A stretch of 63,989 bases of DNA, filler included, from Basidioascus undulatus (Eukaryota): assembly GCA_000826855.1 (NCBI GenBank). It is 3 parts of 3 records of this genome, joined end to end, with 100 filler letters (N's around TTAATTAATTAA, not from the genome) between each part and the next. Parts side by side here need not be neighbours in the genome. Positions count along the whole stretch, not along the records: positions 22,178 to 44,189 come from JTLS01000304.1; positions 44,290 to 63,989 come from JTLS01000403.1; 1 more part is not named here. One strand, given 5' to 3'. The position numbers were made by a program, and so were the translations under genes. Below, in pieces: positions 39,778 to 51,216 of this stretch. Numbering within the stretch: the stretch's first letter is position 1; each line of letters starts with the position of its first letter. The notes under the pieces were generated by a model. It saw nothing but the letters and a program-made list of their open reading frames with translations, had not been told where the DNA came from and did no database searches.

Positions 39778-40613
39778 TCACCAACTGCTCTCCTCCACGA
39801 TCCGAATCTCATTCTCCTTCGCCAACCGCACCTCCCTCTCCTCCTGCGTCTCCCCCGCCCTCCCATCCTGCCCCTCCGCCCCATCCGCCTCCCGCTCTCC
39901 CTCCTCGCCCTCCGCCGCTCCATCGTCCTTCAGCGTCCCCCCCACAATGCGCCGCTTCTTGAAAGGCGCGGCTGAGCCGTCCGCGGAGGGGGCAGCTTCG
40001 GCGGGGGCTGAAGAGCCTTCGGTGGCTGGTGCGGCGTCGGCGTCGGCGGAGTCGCCATCAGTGCCTGACTTGCGGAGCTTCGCGAGCTCCTTCTTGCGCT
40101 GGCGCTTGTTCCGGTTCTTTGCTGTTTTTGCCTCGGCTTCGGCCTCGGCGGCGGCTTTCCGCTCGAGGAAGGCGGCTTGTTGGGTTTCCTGTGATCATCC
40201 CAAAGCAGGAGGGATCAGGCTTGTTCGGGCAAGGCGTAGCAAGCTGTGTGGGGCTGTAGGGAGTGGTCGAGGGAGAAAGAAGAGACACGCACCCTCTCCG
40301 CCTTCTCATCCATCAACTTCAACCTCTCATACTCCCTCCTCCGATTCTGCTTGTACACATGGAACTCGCCCGACCCAGCGCCGGCGGACGAGCCCTGCAC
40401 GTTGGCCATCATCTCCTTCGGCGGACGCAGCGACTTCTCGCGCAGGGGTGCGGGGATGTGCGCGGGCTTGGACGGGTCCGCGAGGAGCCGCTCGAGATGT
40501 GCGCGCTGCTTCTCGATGGCTGTCAGGTTGTGTCTGTTGCCGGAGGCTGTGGAGGGCCCCGCCGACGGGGCGGGAGAGGGGGAGTGCGAGGCGGGGCGTG
40601 GGGACGCTGACAT
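39778..40613 (-). CDS. PRKRIP1: PRKR-interacting protein 1 homologue (DUF1168, spliceosome-associated)
   Basis: NVQGSSAGAGSGEFHVYKQNRRREYERLKLMD and AKTAKNRNKRQRKK; one intron. Confidence 0.92.
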
Positions 40614-40744
40614 GAGTGGGGAGTACGGCTGATGGGGAGCAGTCGCTGCGTGGGAGTGGAGATCAAGCTCGGAGGGAATGGTAGTTTGGACAGAGTAAGG
40701 ATGGGATTGTCCAACGCGGACGACCTGTTCGGCGTTTACTCTGA

Positions 40745-41338
40745 TCAATCGGCGCTGTGATATCCCGCCAACCCTCGGGCGCTTCGGGTCCCCTGCACCG
40801 CGCGCTTACCCGCGATTACCGCGCGTCTTCCTTCCTCCCACTTGACTCGTCTTCTCTTCTCTTTCTCTTCCTTTCCCTCCATAGAGCAGCGCCCCCCCAT
40901 GTCCTCCTCCTCCTCCGCCGGCACTTCAGGCAGCGGCGGCTCACTCGCGCGCCCCTTGTCCTTGCTCTTTCTCCCCGCACTGCCGGGCGTCCCCCGACTG
41001 CGCGCACCCGACGAGCGCCGGCCGGACACGCTGCTCGAGCGGCGTCTGGACGAGGACGGCGGGGGCTGGTGCGTGGGCGCGGGCGCGGGTGCGGATGCCG
41101 GTACGGGGGTCTTGGGCTTGCTGGACCCTGCGGGGGGCGCGGAGAGGGAGGGGAGCTGGAGCTTTAGGGGGGCCGAACGGTGGACGTCTCCTCTGCGCAT
41201 CAGGGAAGTGTAAGCGCCGAGGGGAGTGGTATGCACAGAGGGTGCAGCAGTCACTCACCCTCTCGAGCGGAATCGCGCCGCCGCGTGCGCTTCGCGCGCT
41301 GCTTTTGTCCCAGGCAGCGGCGCGCGGGAAGAGGACAT
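40745..41338 (-). CDS. Small basic, disordered hypothetical protein
   Basis: MSSSRAPLPGTKAAREAHAAARFRSR, one GTGAGT..CAG intron, then an open frame to 40745 including KRRRVKWEE. Confidence 0.5.
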
Positions 41339-42460
41339 CGCGCGGGAGGGGTGGCGCCTTTTGCGTGGGTCAGTGGAGAGAACAAAATGAGCTGCGCGGC
41401 AAGGAAGCTTGTACGTGTGCGGATGGGAGCGGAAAGGGAGCAGAGCAAGGCACCAGAAGGCACGAACGACGCGTCTGGCCCGCGTATCTTCCGCGGATTG
41501 ATTGCAGGTTGTCATGGGTTGTCATGGGTTGTCTCCATCACCAAAGCGTTAACACTGTACAAACAAAATGAACCCAGGCATGTTTGTTATTTTCTTTTAC
41601 AAAATACAGCGCTCATCTGTTGTCGGAGGTGCCTACCTGAACGTGGAGGCAGGCAAACAGTCTGTTTCTGCCAGGCCTCTCGAAGTGGCACAGCGCAACA
41701 TCTTGCATCTTGCTTGCACGTCTTCGTTAGCTCGCAGTGTGCTTTCCCACGGCCCCTAACACACTTGACGAAATGTCCAAATAAATTGCGTGTCGCGAGT
41801 CTTTTGAATGTCAGTGCTGCAGAAGCTAACTGCAAGGTTGCGGTGCTGCGAGAATCTTCCTGTGCAGCCACTGGCAGGGCCCCAATGGCTTTTGGGAAGA
41901 CAACAGGTGCAACAGATGGCTTAGAAGTCAAGCCACGGAGATTGCGCAAAAGCGTTGAAAGAAGTCGGAACCGTCACAGCAACACCTTTGAAAGCAGGTT
42001 GTGACTGGGTGGCGTTGCACGTTGCACCATGCACAGTTGCACAACGCATTTCCTTGCCAGTGGCAAGTGTTCAGGACCTGACGTGTCTAACTTCTACAAT
42101 GTACCGTCTGGAGCTAACTTAATTGCATTCGAGCTTATTGGACTCTCGGCACTCTGAAATACGATAATGCAGCTGGCTATGCGGCCTGGTATGTCACTCA
42201 GTTGTCTCAAGAGGCTCATATTCTGCTAGTCAGTACATGATGATGATATAACACAAGACCAACTTGTTTGTTGATGCAGTGGCTTTTACATTGTGGACCA
42301 GTTGAAACGTTGACACGTTATCCTACTGTCCCAGCAGTATGGCACACTTGGTCAGGGCAATCGGAACACCTTGCCCATACCGGTGGAGTGCAAATGTGAG
42401 CTCCAAAAAGGTTTGAAAGGCAAGATCCACCTGCACCAGCCAGCGGGGGTGAAAACGTTG

Positions 42461-42542
42461 CTCTCTGGCCGGGAATTGAACCCGGGTCGCCCGCGCCTTT
42501 GTGAATGACAAGCGGATATACTAGCCACTATACTACCAAAGA
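42461..42542 (-). tRNA. tRNA-Asp(GTC) with ~10-nt intron
   Basis: Reverse complement TCTTTGG-TAGTATAGTGGCTAGTATA-TCCGC-TTGTCA-[TTCACAAAGG]-C-GCGGG-CGAC-CCGGG-TTCAATT-CCCGG-CCAGAGA-G, with TTTT downstream. Confidence 0.92.
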
Positions 42543-44021
42543 TCCATGTCCATTGAGACAATTTCTACATATACATAAATACCCGTGTAGATCGTGTAAT
42601 GATAAGTCAGACCGGCAGTGTCAGGAAAGGAAAACCCCTGTCTAAGTTGCAATTATATGACATAAATCAAATATCAAGATAGGAAAGCGATATAGAAGCT
42701 GATCCGATGCCAGCGTGAGGCTTTTCCGACAGCCCGATGCTCACACACCCTCACCGTGCCTGCCCGCTGCTTGCTTTTCAAAGCGCCCCAAACCGTTCAG
42801 GATTTTTTCGATGAATGTTAAGTATATGGAAAATACTCACCGCAACATATCACTGGGTCTTTCACATTCTGGGCGCCAAGCAGCTATGACAGTGTTGAGT
42901 AGGTGCAGTACTGCCGCTTGAGTTTTATGCTGAACCCATAGGACTTAAAAGGTTTACAAATAATAGTGATATGGACTTGAGAATGCAGTAGCCTATGAGC
43001 CTAGTCCAGCCTAGTCCAAGTTGATAATACATGGAAGGAGCGGGACACATGCAGTCATGCAGACTTCCCGTGATTGCTGCTTTGCACCTAGAAGAGGCAA
43101 ACAGCCCTCACGGCTGGACCTAGTTTGGAAGTAAGCCAGATTAAAGTATCTAATTCTCTTACCAATGGGTCTGGAGACGGCTGAGACACTGTAATGGTAC
43201 GACCGCCCCAGCTGCCGGCCTCGCTGAGCTCGCACCCTATGCGTGGCTGTGTGTGGCACTCGATTCGGTACACACTCGCCTCCCCCTCAGCCCCAGCTCC
43301 TGGTCTCTTGTTAACAGGATAAGTTTTCAGGGCTGGGAGTTTTTTTAGGCAGCAGGGGTGAAAGACTTTTCAGCAAGCCCAGGCGGAAGCGGGCGCGGCG
43401 AAGGAGGCGACGGGAGAGCATAGGAGCGACACCGGGCCCCTGTGTAACTTGAGAGGGAGGCTTGATTCGGGGACCGGATGAGCATACAGCTCAAACGTGG
43501 TTGGATTTTATGTACCTGGGCAAAATGCATTCAGGATGGGTCGTACTGGGCAAGAAGGCTGTCCACTTGTAACGTTGGGCTCTGTGAAGAACGCCTGCAG
43601 GTCATGAATTAAACATGACAATCGACTGCACTGTGAATTGCCCTGCTCAAAAGCAACAGCTTAGCTAAGATTCTACACAACATGTTTTCCATGAGTTGGA
43701 TAACTCGGTTGTCTGAAAAGAAACACTGCAACCGCACCTGTGGTTTGCACAGTCTTGCCAGTGTGTCCCGGCACGCGCCGTCACTTTGGCCTGCATCTGT
43801 TGCCTCAAGTTTTCCCGAAGACGAACACAACATATTTGATGCCTTCCACGCTAATGTTTTTTTCGCATGGCAATTATTGATGCTGACAAGATGGCTACAT
43901 CTGCGAAACATTGCGTGCACGTGGACAGACCGCGGAATGGAGCGACGCTTCCGTTTCGCGTCGCTGCTATGACTGCTCGAGATCATCTTCTCCTCTCCCC
44001 ATCGCTTAAATCTCCAGCGCC

Positions 44022-44189
44022 ATGGCCACCTCAACTTCTTCCGGACCCAGCTCATCCGTGCTGAGCTCACACGCCGCCCTAATCCGCTCGACGCTGTCCT
44101 CCCTCCCTCCCCCTCCCCCGCGGTCCTCGTACCCCTCCTCGTCCTCCTCATCTTCCCCCCTCCCTCTCGCCCCCCCACGTCCTCGCCCC
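44022..44189 (+). CDS. Probable 5' start of a gene (Ser/Pro-rich), truncated by the gap
   Basis: GCCATGG context; open frame MATSTSSGPSSSVLSSHAALIRSTL... runs into the Ns. Confidence 0.35.
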
Positions 44190-44289
44190 NNNNNNNNNNN
44201 NNNNNNNNNNNNNNNNNNNNNNNNNNNNNNNNNTTAATTAATTAANNNNNNNNNNNNNNNNNNNNNNNNNNNNNNNNNNNNNNNNNNNN
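44190..44289. other. Artificial contig spacer (N44-TTAATTAATTAA-N44)
   Basis: Same construct as 22078-22177. Confidence 0.98.
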
Positions 44290-44369
44290 TGACGAGAGTG
44301 GGATTCGAACCCACGCCCTTTCGGACCAGATCCTTAGTCTGGCGCCTTAGACCGCTCGGCCATCTCGCC
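44290..44369 (-). tRNA. tRNA-Leu(AAG)
   Basis: Reverse complement GGCGAGATGGCCGAGCGGTCTAAGGCG-CCAGA-CTAAGGA-TCTGG-TCCGAAAGGGC-GTGGGTTCGAATCCCAC-TCTCGTCA; type II variable arm. Confidence 0.95.
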
Positions 44370-44554
44370 TTATGTCAACTTCTTCGCTGTTTATTACATG
44401 TCAAATGCCTGAGGGCGCCTACGGTAAAGCGCGCCATCGATTGCAGTACGAGGGAAACGAACCACGGAGCGACCGACGAAACGTAAAAGATATGCGTATG
44501 CGAGTGACTAATAGTACATTTTGAACGATGATTATAGGCCGGTGCGAGAAGGGT

Positions 44555-45239
44555 TTAGACCTCGTGAGCAGCCTGCCTCCAACTCGTTAGCTGCCGCGTT
44601 CCCACCGCGATTGAATTAGTATAGAATCGTACCAAAAGCATGTTCGGAACTGAAGAAGCGCTAGTCAGCAAAGTACGGTCTCTAAGCCTGAAAAAGGCTA
44701 ACGCACTGCCGTCTCGGATCGGATAAACGTGCCCGCAATTTTGGCAGACCATCTCTCCCTCCTTGACGCTCAGCTACAAAGACACATGGTGAGCGCTGCA
44801 CGATATGCCGCATGTAGACAAAGACGTACCTCAAGCAAAGCACGATGCAGCAACTTCAGGAATTCCTCCTGAGCCTCGTTCTCGTCCGCTGACAACTCCG
44901 GCCGGGTATCGGGGAGCGACGTATCGCCCAGCTGCGTACGAGACAGATATCAGTCGAGAACTTGATCCTGCGAAACTGTGAACCCCACCTCGCGGAGAGA
45001 GCTGATGAGGGCCGGCCAGTCCAGCTTGTTGAAGAAGTTGCGAAGGAACGCAGGGTTGAACTCGGCCTCCCTGATCTCGAGCTGTACATTCTGTTGAACG
45101 GAAAGCACTTATGAGATCGAAGACAATTGAGCCGTAAGCGCGGGATGGGTACCTTGAACTGCAGCGGGAAATTGCGGCCGGATCCCACGCAGCCCTTGAC
45201 AGCGCAAGTGAGCAGGTTGTGCGTGATGAGGCGAACCAT
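44555..45239 (-). CDS. TRM112: Trm112 methyltransferase activator subunit
   Basis: MVRLITHNLLTC...NFPL, EFNPAFLRNFFNKLDWPAL, LHRALLE..VKEGEMVCQNCGHVYPIRDG.PNMLL. Confidence 0.95.
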
Positions 45240-45989
45240 TGATCTTTAGATTAGCATCCAAGTGGTCAGTCTAATCGGATATAAGTCTCAAGCGAGCCGA
45301 TGCCGCACAAGTATCTCGGTACGAAGAGCGATTGAAGGAGGAATGCGAAGAAGAGATCCGCGTTGGATGAACGAGGATGCGCAGCGACGTAGAGATTTCT
45401 CGGTCGAGGTGATATACGCAGGTTCGAGACTGAGTATCAATCACGGTCAGTACCGAAGAAGGATGAGCGAGGGCGACAGCGAGAAGAAGGCAAGAAAGCA
45501 AAGGAGAAGCGACGACCAAACCTGCCTGATAGCCGGTCCTGCCGCGGGATGTCCGTGTGCGAGCGCGTCCAAACGCGTCCTGCTCTTGGACTTTCTCCTC
45601 GCGACCGCTTTCATCTGTCCACACCGTCAAGCGACGATCTACGCGTTGCAATACACCGGGATTTTCTGAACGGTGCGTAACATCCTCAGCCTGCGCTCGA
45701 ATGAGCAGATCATTGCTCGCCGCCTACCGACTCAGGCCGCGCAGTCCCACTCGACCATCGTCTGCCCTCTGCAATTCGCGGCTGCTTCCCACCGCCGCTG
45801 CCGCATGTGCCTGACCTTGAACGACATTTTACAGAACAGCAGGCAGCGCCCCCTTCCAATTCTCTATCCTCCGATATACCTTGTCCACCTTCACGGTCAT
45901 TGTCCTCCCCCCGACCTCGCTCGCCGTCTCCCGTCTGTCCCCTGGCCTCCCTCCCCGGCTCCGAGACACCTTGGCATCGCTCTGTCACG

Positions 45990-48900
45990 ATGGAGCAGGA
46001 ACAGCGCAGGCAGGTGTGCATGTTTGCTGGGGTTGGTCTTTCCTGGCAGCATCGGGTCTCACTGAGGGGGAGCGTGTATTGTCCTTCAGAGCGCGATCGA
46101 AGCTCTTCGGAAGCGGCGGCAGCAGCATCCAGCCCCCAAAGTCCGCTCTTTCGCGGGTGACATACCTCATTCGTCGACTGCTCCATCGAAGCAGACTCCC
46201 GCACCCTCATCCCCCGCGCCCAAAATCCTCGTTCCCGCGAGCTCGTCACCGGCCAAGGCCGCCGACTCGCCGCAGCCAAGCAGACGCTTCGACGCTTTCG
46301 GATACGCCGGCTTCGACCGCAAGGTCATCTCTGGGCCCGGTCTCGCCCGTCCGAAGGCCGGCATCAACGCCGCTGCACCTCACGCCGCGCGACGTCCTGC
46401 CGAACAGCTCGATGAAGGAGTAGAGCGACCTCGAAAGAGGCGCTCACACAGTCCCGCGACGTCTCACGTCTCGTCCCCTACATCGTCTACCGGCGCATCT
46501 TCGCCCCGCGGGGCTTTGCCTGACATGCGGCGGCACCTCGAGCGCTTCCGGTTCGGCACGTCTACGCCCAGCTCTTCCCGACAGTCGCCTTCCGTTAGCG
46601 AGCCCGGCGAGCAAGAGCTTCCCGCGGTCGACGCCTCGCCAGCGGCTGCCGCCCCTCTTCGTCGCCTCGTTCGCGCCCGCCCCTCCTCCCCCGACGCCTC
46701 ATCGTCATCATCGGCTCGCGCTCCCGCGGACGTCGTCAACCGACTCGCCACGGTGTATCAGAACGTTCCGCGAGCGACCATTCAACGCGAGTTGCTCGAG
46801 GCGGGCGGAGATGTCCAGATCACCAACCGCCGCTTGCTCGAGATCAGCTCCGCCGCGACTTCTTCCTCTAAGCCCGAACCGTCAACGCGGCGTGCCGCCG
46901 GTCAGAAGCCCCGCAAAAACGTCAAGTCCGCCATCTACAACAAGCGGCAGCCTCGTGCGACTCGACCGGCTCAGCGCGGCGGCGACGATTCGAGCGATGG
47001 CGAGGCCGAGTTCGACGAGGAAGACTCGGACGCTAGCGCCGAGAGCGCGGAAGATGACGACGCGTAGGAGGAGGCGGAGGCGGAAGGCGTCGCGTGGTTC
47101 AACGAAGCGGCGGAACAAGAGCTGCAGGATGTTCTCGGTGAGTCGGCACCTCCAAATGGTATTTTTTGGTTAAGCTACTGACTCGATATCGTATTAGCCA
47201 TTATACCCGCCAATCTCTCTCTTCTCGTCGCTCTGCGTCCCTTCTCATCGGCATCCGACGTCCGCGCCCGTCTTCGGTCCACCAAGGGTCTCAGCCCGAA
47301 CCTCTTCGACCGCTACCTCGACATCTCAGCCTCGTACCGCAAAGTCGATGCGCTCCTTACGGAGTGCGAGGAAGTCGGCCGCGAGCTCGACACGGCCATC
47401 GCGGGCTGGGGCGTCAGCACCGCTCCTGCCGACGACGCCGCGGGGGGCGAAGTCGCGTTGACGCAGCTGCCTGCCGGAGACATGACGGCGTCAGACGCGG
47501 GCGGTCCAGAGGACTTCATCAAGAAGCAGCCCGCGCTCGTAGACGCCGCCGTCACGCTTAAGGACTACCAGCTCGTCGGCCTCAACTGGCTGAATCTCCT
47601 CTACTCGCGGCAAACCAGCGCGATCCTCGCAGACGAGATGGGTAAGCGATCTCATATCTGGCACCCATTTGAGATCGCTGATGTGGGTCGGTCAGGTCTT
47701 GGCAAGACCATCCAGGTCATCAGCTTCTACGCGCACCTGAAAGAGCGGGGTGTCAAGGGGCCTCACCTCGTCGTTGTGCCGTCAGTTCCATTTCATTCTA
47801 GGCTTGGAGTCAACGGACTGACGGGAAACCATGTCAGTTCATCGACGCTCGAGAACTGGTTGCGCGAGTTTCTGAAGTTTGCTCCTGGCGTCAACGTCAA
47901 GTGTGGGTCACACCTGCTTCCGACTTGTTAGGCTCGCTGAACACGCCCGGTACCGTACAGCCTACTACGGCGACCAGAAGGAGCGAACCGATCTGCGTTA
48001 CGACCTGATCGATGACGAGGAGCTCGACGTGCTGGTGACGACGTACAACCTCGCTCAAGGCTCTCCTTTGGACCGCAACTTCCTCAAGAAGATGCACTTC
48101 CAGGTCTGCATCCTTTTACTCAGCTGGCTCGCACTGAGAACCGCGTCGCTGAACGAGCAGCTTCAGACCGCCGTGTTCGACGAGGGGTAATGCTCGAGTT
48201 TGCCCTAGCGACCGTAGAAGCTGTTCTGATGAAGTTCTCTCTTGCCAGTCACGTTCTCAAGAACCGCGAGTCTCAAAGATACAAGCACTTGATGGACATC
48301 CGGGCTCCGTGGCGTCTGCTCCTCACCGGGACTCCGCTTCAAAATGACCTCCAAGAGCTGGTCGTGAGTCGTAGGCTATTTGAAACGCTCACGCACGCTG
48401 ACGCTGGTGCACAAATACCTTTCAACAGTCGCTGCTCAACTTCATCCTGCCCGAATACTTCAAGCATGCCGAGGACTCGTTGCGAGCGGTCTTCAAGGTT
48501 AAGACCAGCGCGCGCACAAGTCTGCTGTCCAGACAACGCGTATCCCGCGCGAGTATGTGGAATCCTTTTTCTGTCCTTCGATTCACGAACTGATTGAAGG
48601 GAATGAGCAGAGAAGATGATGACGCCCTTCGTGCTTCGCCGCAAGAAGGCACAGGTAAGTTGCAGGATCGGGCGCACGACGGTTCCCTCATTGACGCTCC
48701 CACTGCAGGTCCTTAGCGACTTACCGGCGAAGCACGAGCACATCGTTTACTGCGAGCTCGCCCCGATCCAACGCCAAATCTACAAGGAGACGATGGCGCG
48801 CTCACGGAAGGCTTTGCTCGACGCGACCGCGACGTCCGACGCGGACACCGACGAGGCGCCAGGCAAAGGCAAGAAGCGCGGCCGTAGCGCCGGACAGCGG

Positions 48901-50534
48901 TTGGCACCCAAAGACTCGGTGCGCTTTTCCTTTACTTCGACTGCTGCAGTATGCTGAGAACGAAGCGGGTTGCAGTCGTCCCACGTGCTCATGGACCTCC
49001 GCAAAGCCGCGAACCATCCTATGCTGTTCCGGAGACTGTTCGACGATCGCAAGATTCGTGGCATGGCAAGGGAATGTCTGAAAGGTGAAGATTTCTACAT
49101 TCAAGCCCGTTGGACTTCATGAACTGAATGTTTTATGCAGAGCCGGAGTTCGCCGACAGCCAATACGAACTTGTCGTGGAAGACATGTAAGGTGTCGCTT
49201 GCTTTGGTGCATCGCGAGTATGCTCAATCGGAGGGGAAACAGGGAAGTCATGACCGATGCGGAGTTGCAGAACTTCGCCAAGACGTACAAGGTGAGCTAA
49301 GATGTGACTGTGTTGATAATTTATTCCTCGATAACACTGTTTGATTCAGTCCGTGCGGCGTTACGCCCTCGACGACGATGTTTACCTGGACGCTGGCAAG
49401 GTCAAGGCGCTTCGCAAAATCCTGGACGAAGCTCAAGAGCGTGGCGACCGCGTCCTGATCTTCTCCCAGGTGCGTGTTGAGCTCGCCATGGCGGGGCTCT
49501 CGCTTTGGGCGCATGCTGATCAGAGCGTGTCTCGCGCAGTTTACGATGGTTCTGGAGTGCGTGTCTCGTGCATTCCGGCCCGCTTCCCGTCTGACAACTA
49601 CCATAACAGCATTCTCTGCCGCATTCTTGACAAGATCAACACCAAGTACTTGATGTTCACTGGGGCAACGCAGGTATGTCTCTAAGGCGCAGCGTGCCAA
49701 CCGTCCGCTAACTTCTGAATATCCACAGGTCGACGAGCGACAAAGCCTGATCGATGAGTTCTTCGAGGACAGCAGCATTCCCGTCTTTCTTCTCAGCACC
49801 AAAGCTGGCGGCATGGGAGTCAATTTGACGTGCGTAGTATTCCTAGGGTGCCGTGTAATTCACAGGCTCTCACTAAAGCTGGACCGATGATGCATCCAGG
49901 GCGGCCAACATGTATGTGGCAGCCTTACTTTGCGGGGCCTTGTCCGGCGATGTTCTCTCCGTACTGACCGGTCGACTGCCACTTTCAAAAGAGTCGTTAT
50001 CTTCGATGCCGACTGGAGTACATGTTTGCCGTGCTCCTGTGCTGGCGCCCAGGCTGACATCGTTGATCTGCGCTGCAGATCCTCATTCCGATCGGCAGGC
50101 TCAAGATCGCGCTTTTCGTATCGGACAGACCAAAGACGTCCAGTGCGTGTGTTTTACTTCACATGACTTACTCACGTATTGATTCACCTCTTACCACAGG
50201 GTCTACAAGCTTGTTTCGAAAGGTTCGCTCGCTGACACTGCCCCGATACTGACAATCAGAGCTGACCCCGACTGGAACCGGCGCAGGCACGATCGAGGTT
50301 GGTGACGTAGCAGTATCGTCGCAACATGAGCTGCATACTAACACACAGATTTGATACCTCCAGGAGGACATGCTCCAACTTGCGGACACGAAGCTCAAGT
50401 TGGACGAGGCCGTCGGGGGCGGCGAAGACGACCGCGAAGACGGATCCGGTGAAGGGGTGGAAAAGGCGGTGAAGGCTAGCCTCCTTCAGAAGCTACGTGA
50501 GAAGGTTTCCGACGATCCCGAAGACATGGCATAG
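45990..50534 (+). CDS. FUN30: SNF2-family chromatin remodeller Fun30/SMARCAD1-like, with one in-frame TAG at 47065-47067
   Basis: CUE-like segment ([25 protein letters not shown]), [97 protein letters not shown]. Confidence 0.88.
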
Positions 50535-51216
50535 ATGGCGTCTTTCGATATGTTGTTCGCCTTGCCTATTTTCTGATTGCTCAACGATGTGGAGCTCCCA
50601 CTGCGTCTCAGACCGACTTCGTCACTTGTGGAACCCGTGATCTGCGAAGAGCTATGGAAGGAACACCCTGGTCAGTTCTGACGCGGACATGCAATCGGTC
50701 TATTTTGAAAAAGGTTGCTTCCGAAGTAATCATAGCCAAGCACAGCAACACGCAAGGACCCGGTCAGTCATTGTGATTGGGAGGCGTACTGGAAGCACGA
50801 TGGGTTTGTGGCAAATGTGGCGGGCATCCTCCGAGCAAATACATCTAGTTGAGCCAACTTTAGTAATCTGTCGGGAACTGAGTGGAGATGGACATCGGCA
50901 CCGGCCTGTTTATAAGCCTTTGAGCGGGGAGCGTTCAACAAGGCGTTTACTGTGTGTTCTTGCATGTGCGTGAGGCTTGGGCAAGCACCTCCGGAGAAAT
51001 TGACGCAACGGCCCGGCGCCACTGGAATCCGAGATAAGGCTTAATAGAATTTTTGAGGACTTGTTTAAGGGCGCTCTTGCGTAAATAGTGCATATCATTG
51101 AGTCTTCTACGCGATCGTGCGAGTCAATGCAGCGTTGCAGGCCAGGTCTGCACGAGAAGCCTAGAACCCTCACGACGTACGCGAGCATGCGTGGGTCATT
51201 ATTCGCACATCTCGCA

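Noticed and set aside
41600..43950. Lower-GC gene-poor region around tRNA-Asp (likewise 14000-14900 and 31500-32200) as transposon relics
   Set aside because: No terminal repeats, target-site duplications or transposase/RT motifs found by eye.
22178..44369. tRNA genes immediately after both gaps as integration hotspots
   Set aside because: More simply explained by the assembly breaking at multicopy tRNA sequences.
47065..47067. TAG reassignment (alternative genetic code)
   Set aside because: Only one internal TAG seen, while other genes appear to end in TAG (cyclin at 60082, terpene synthase copy 2 at 21593).
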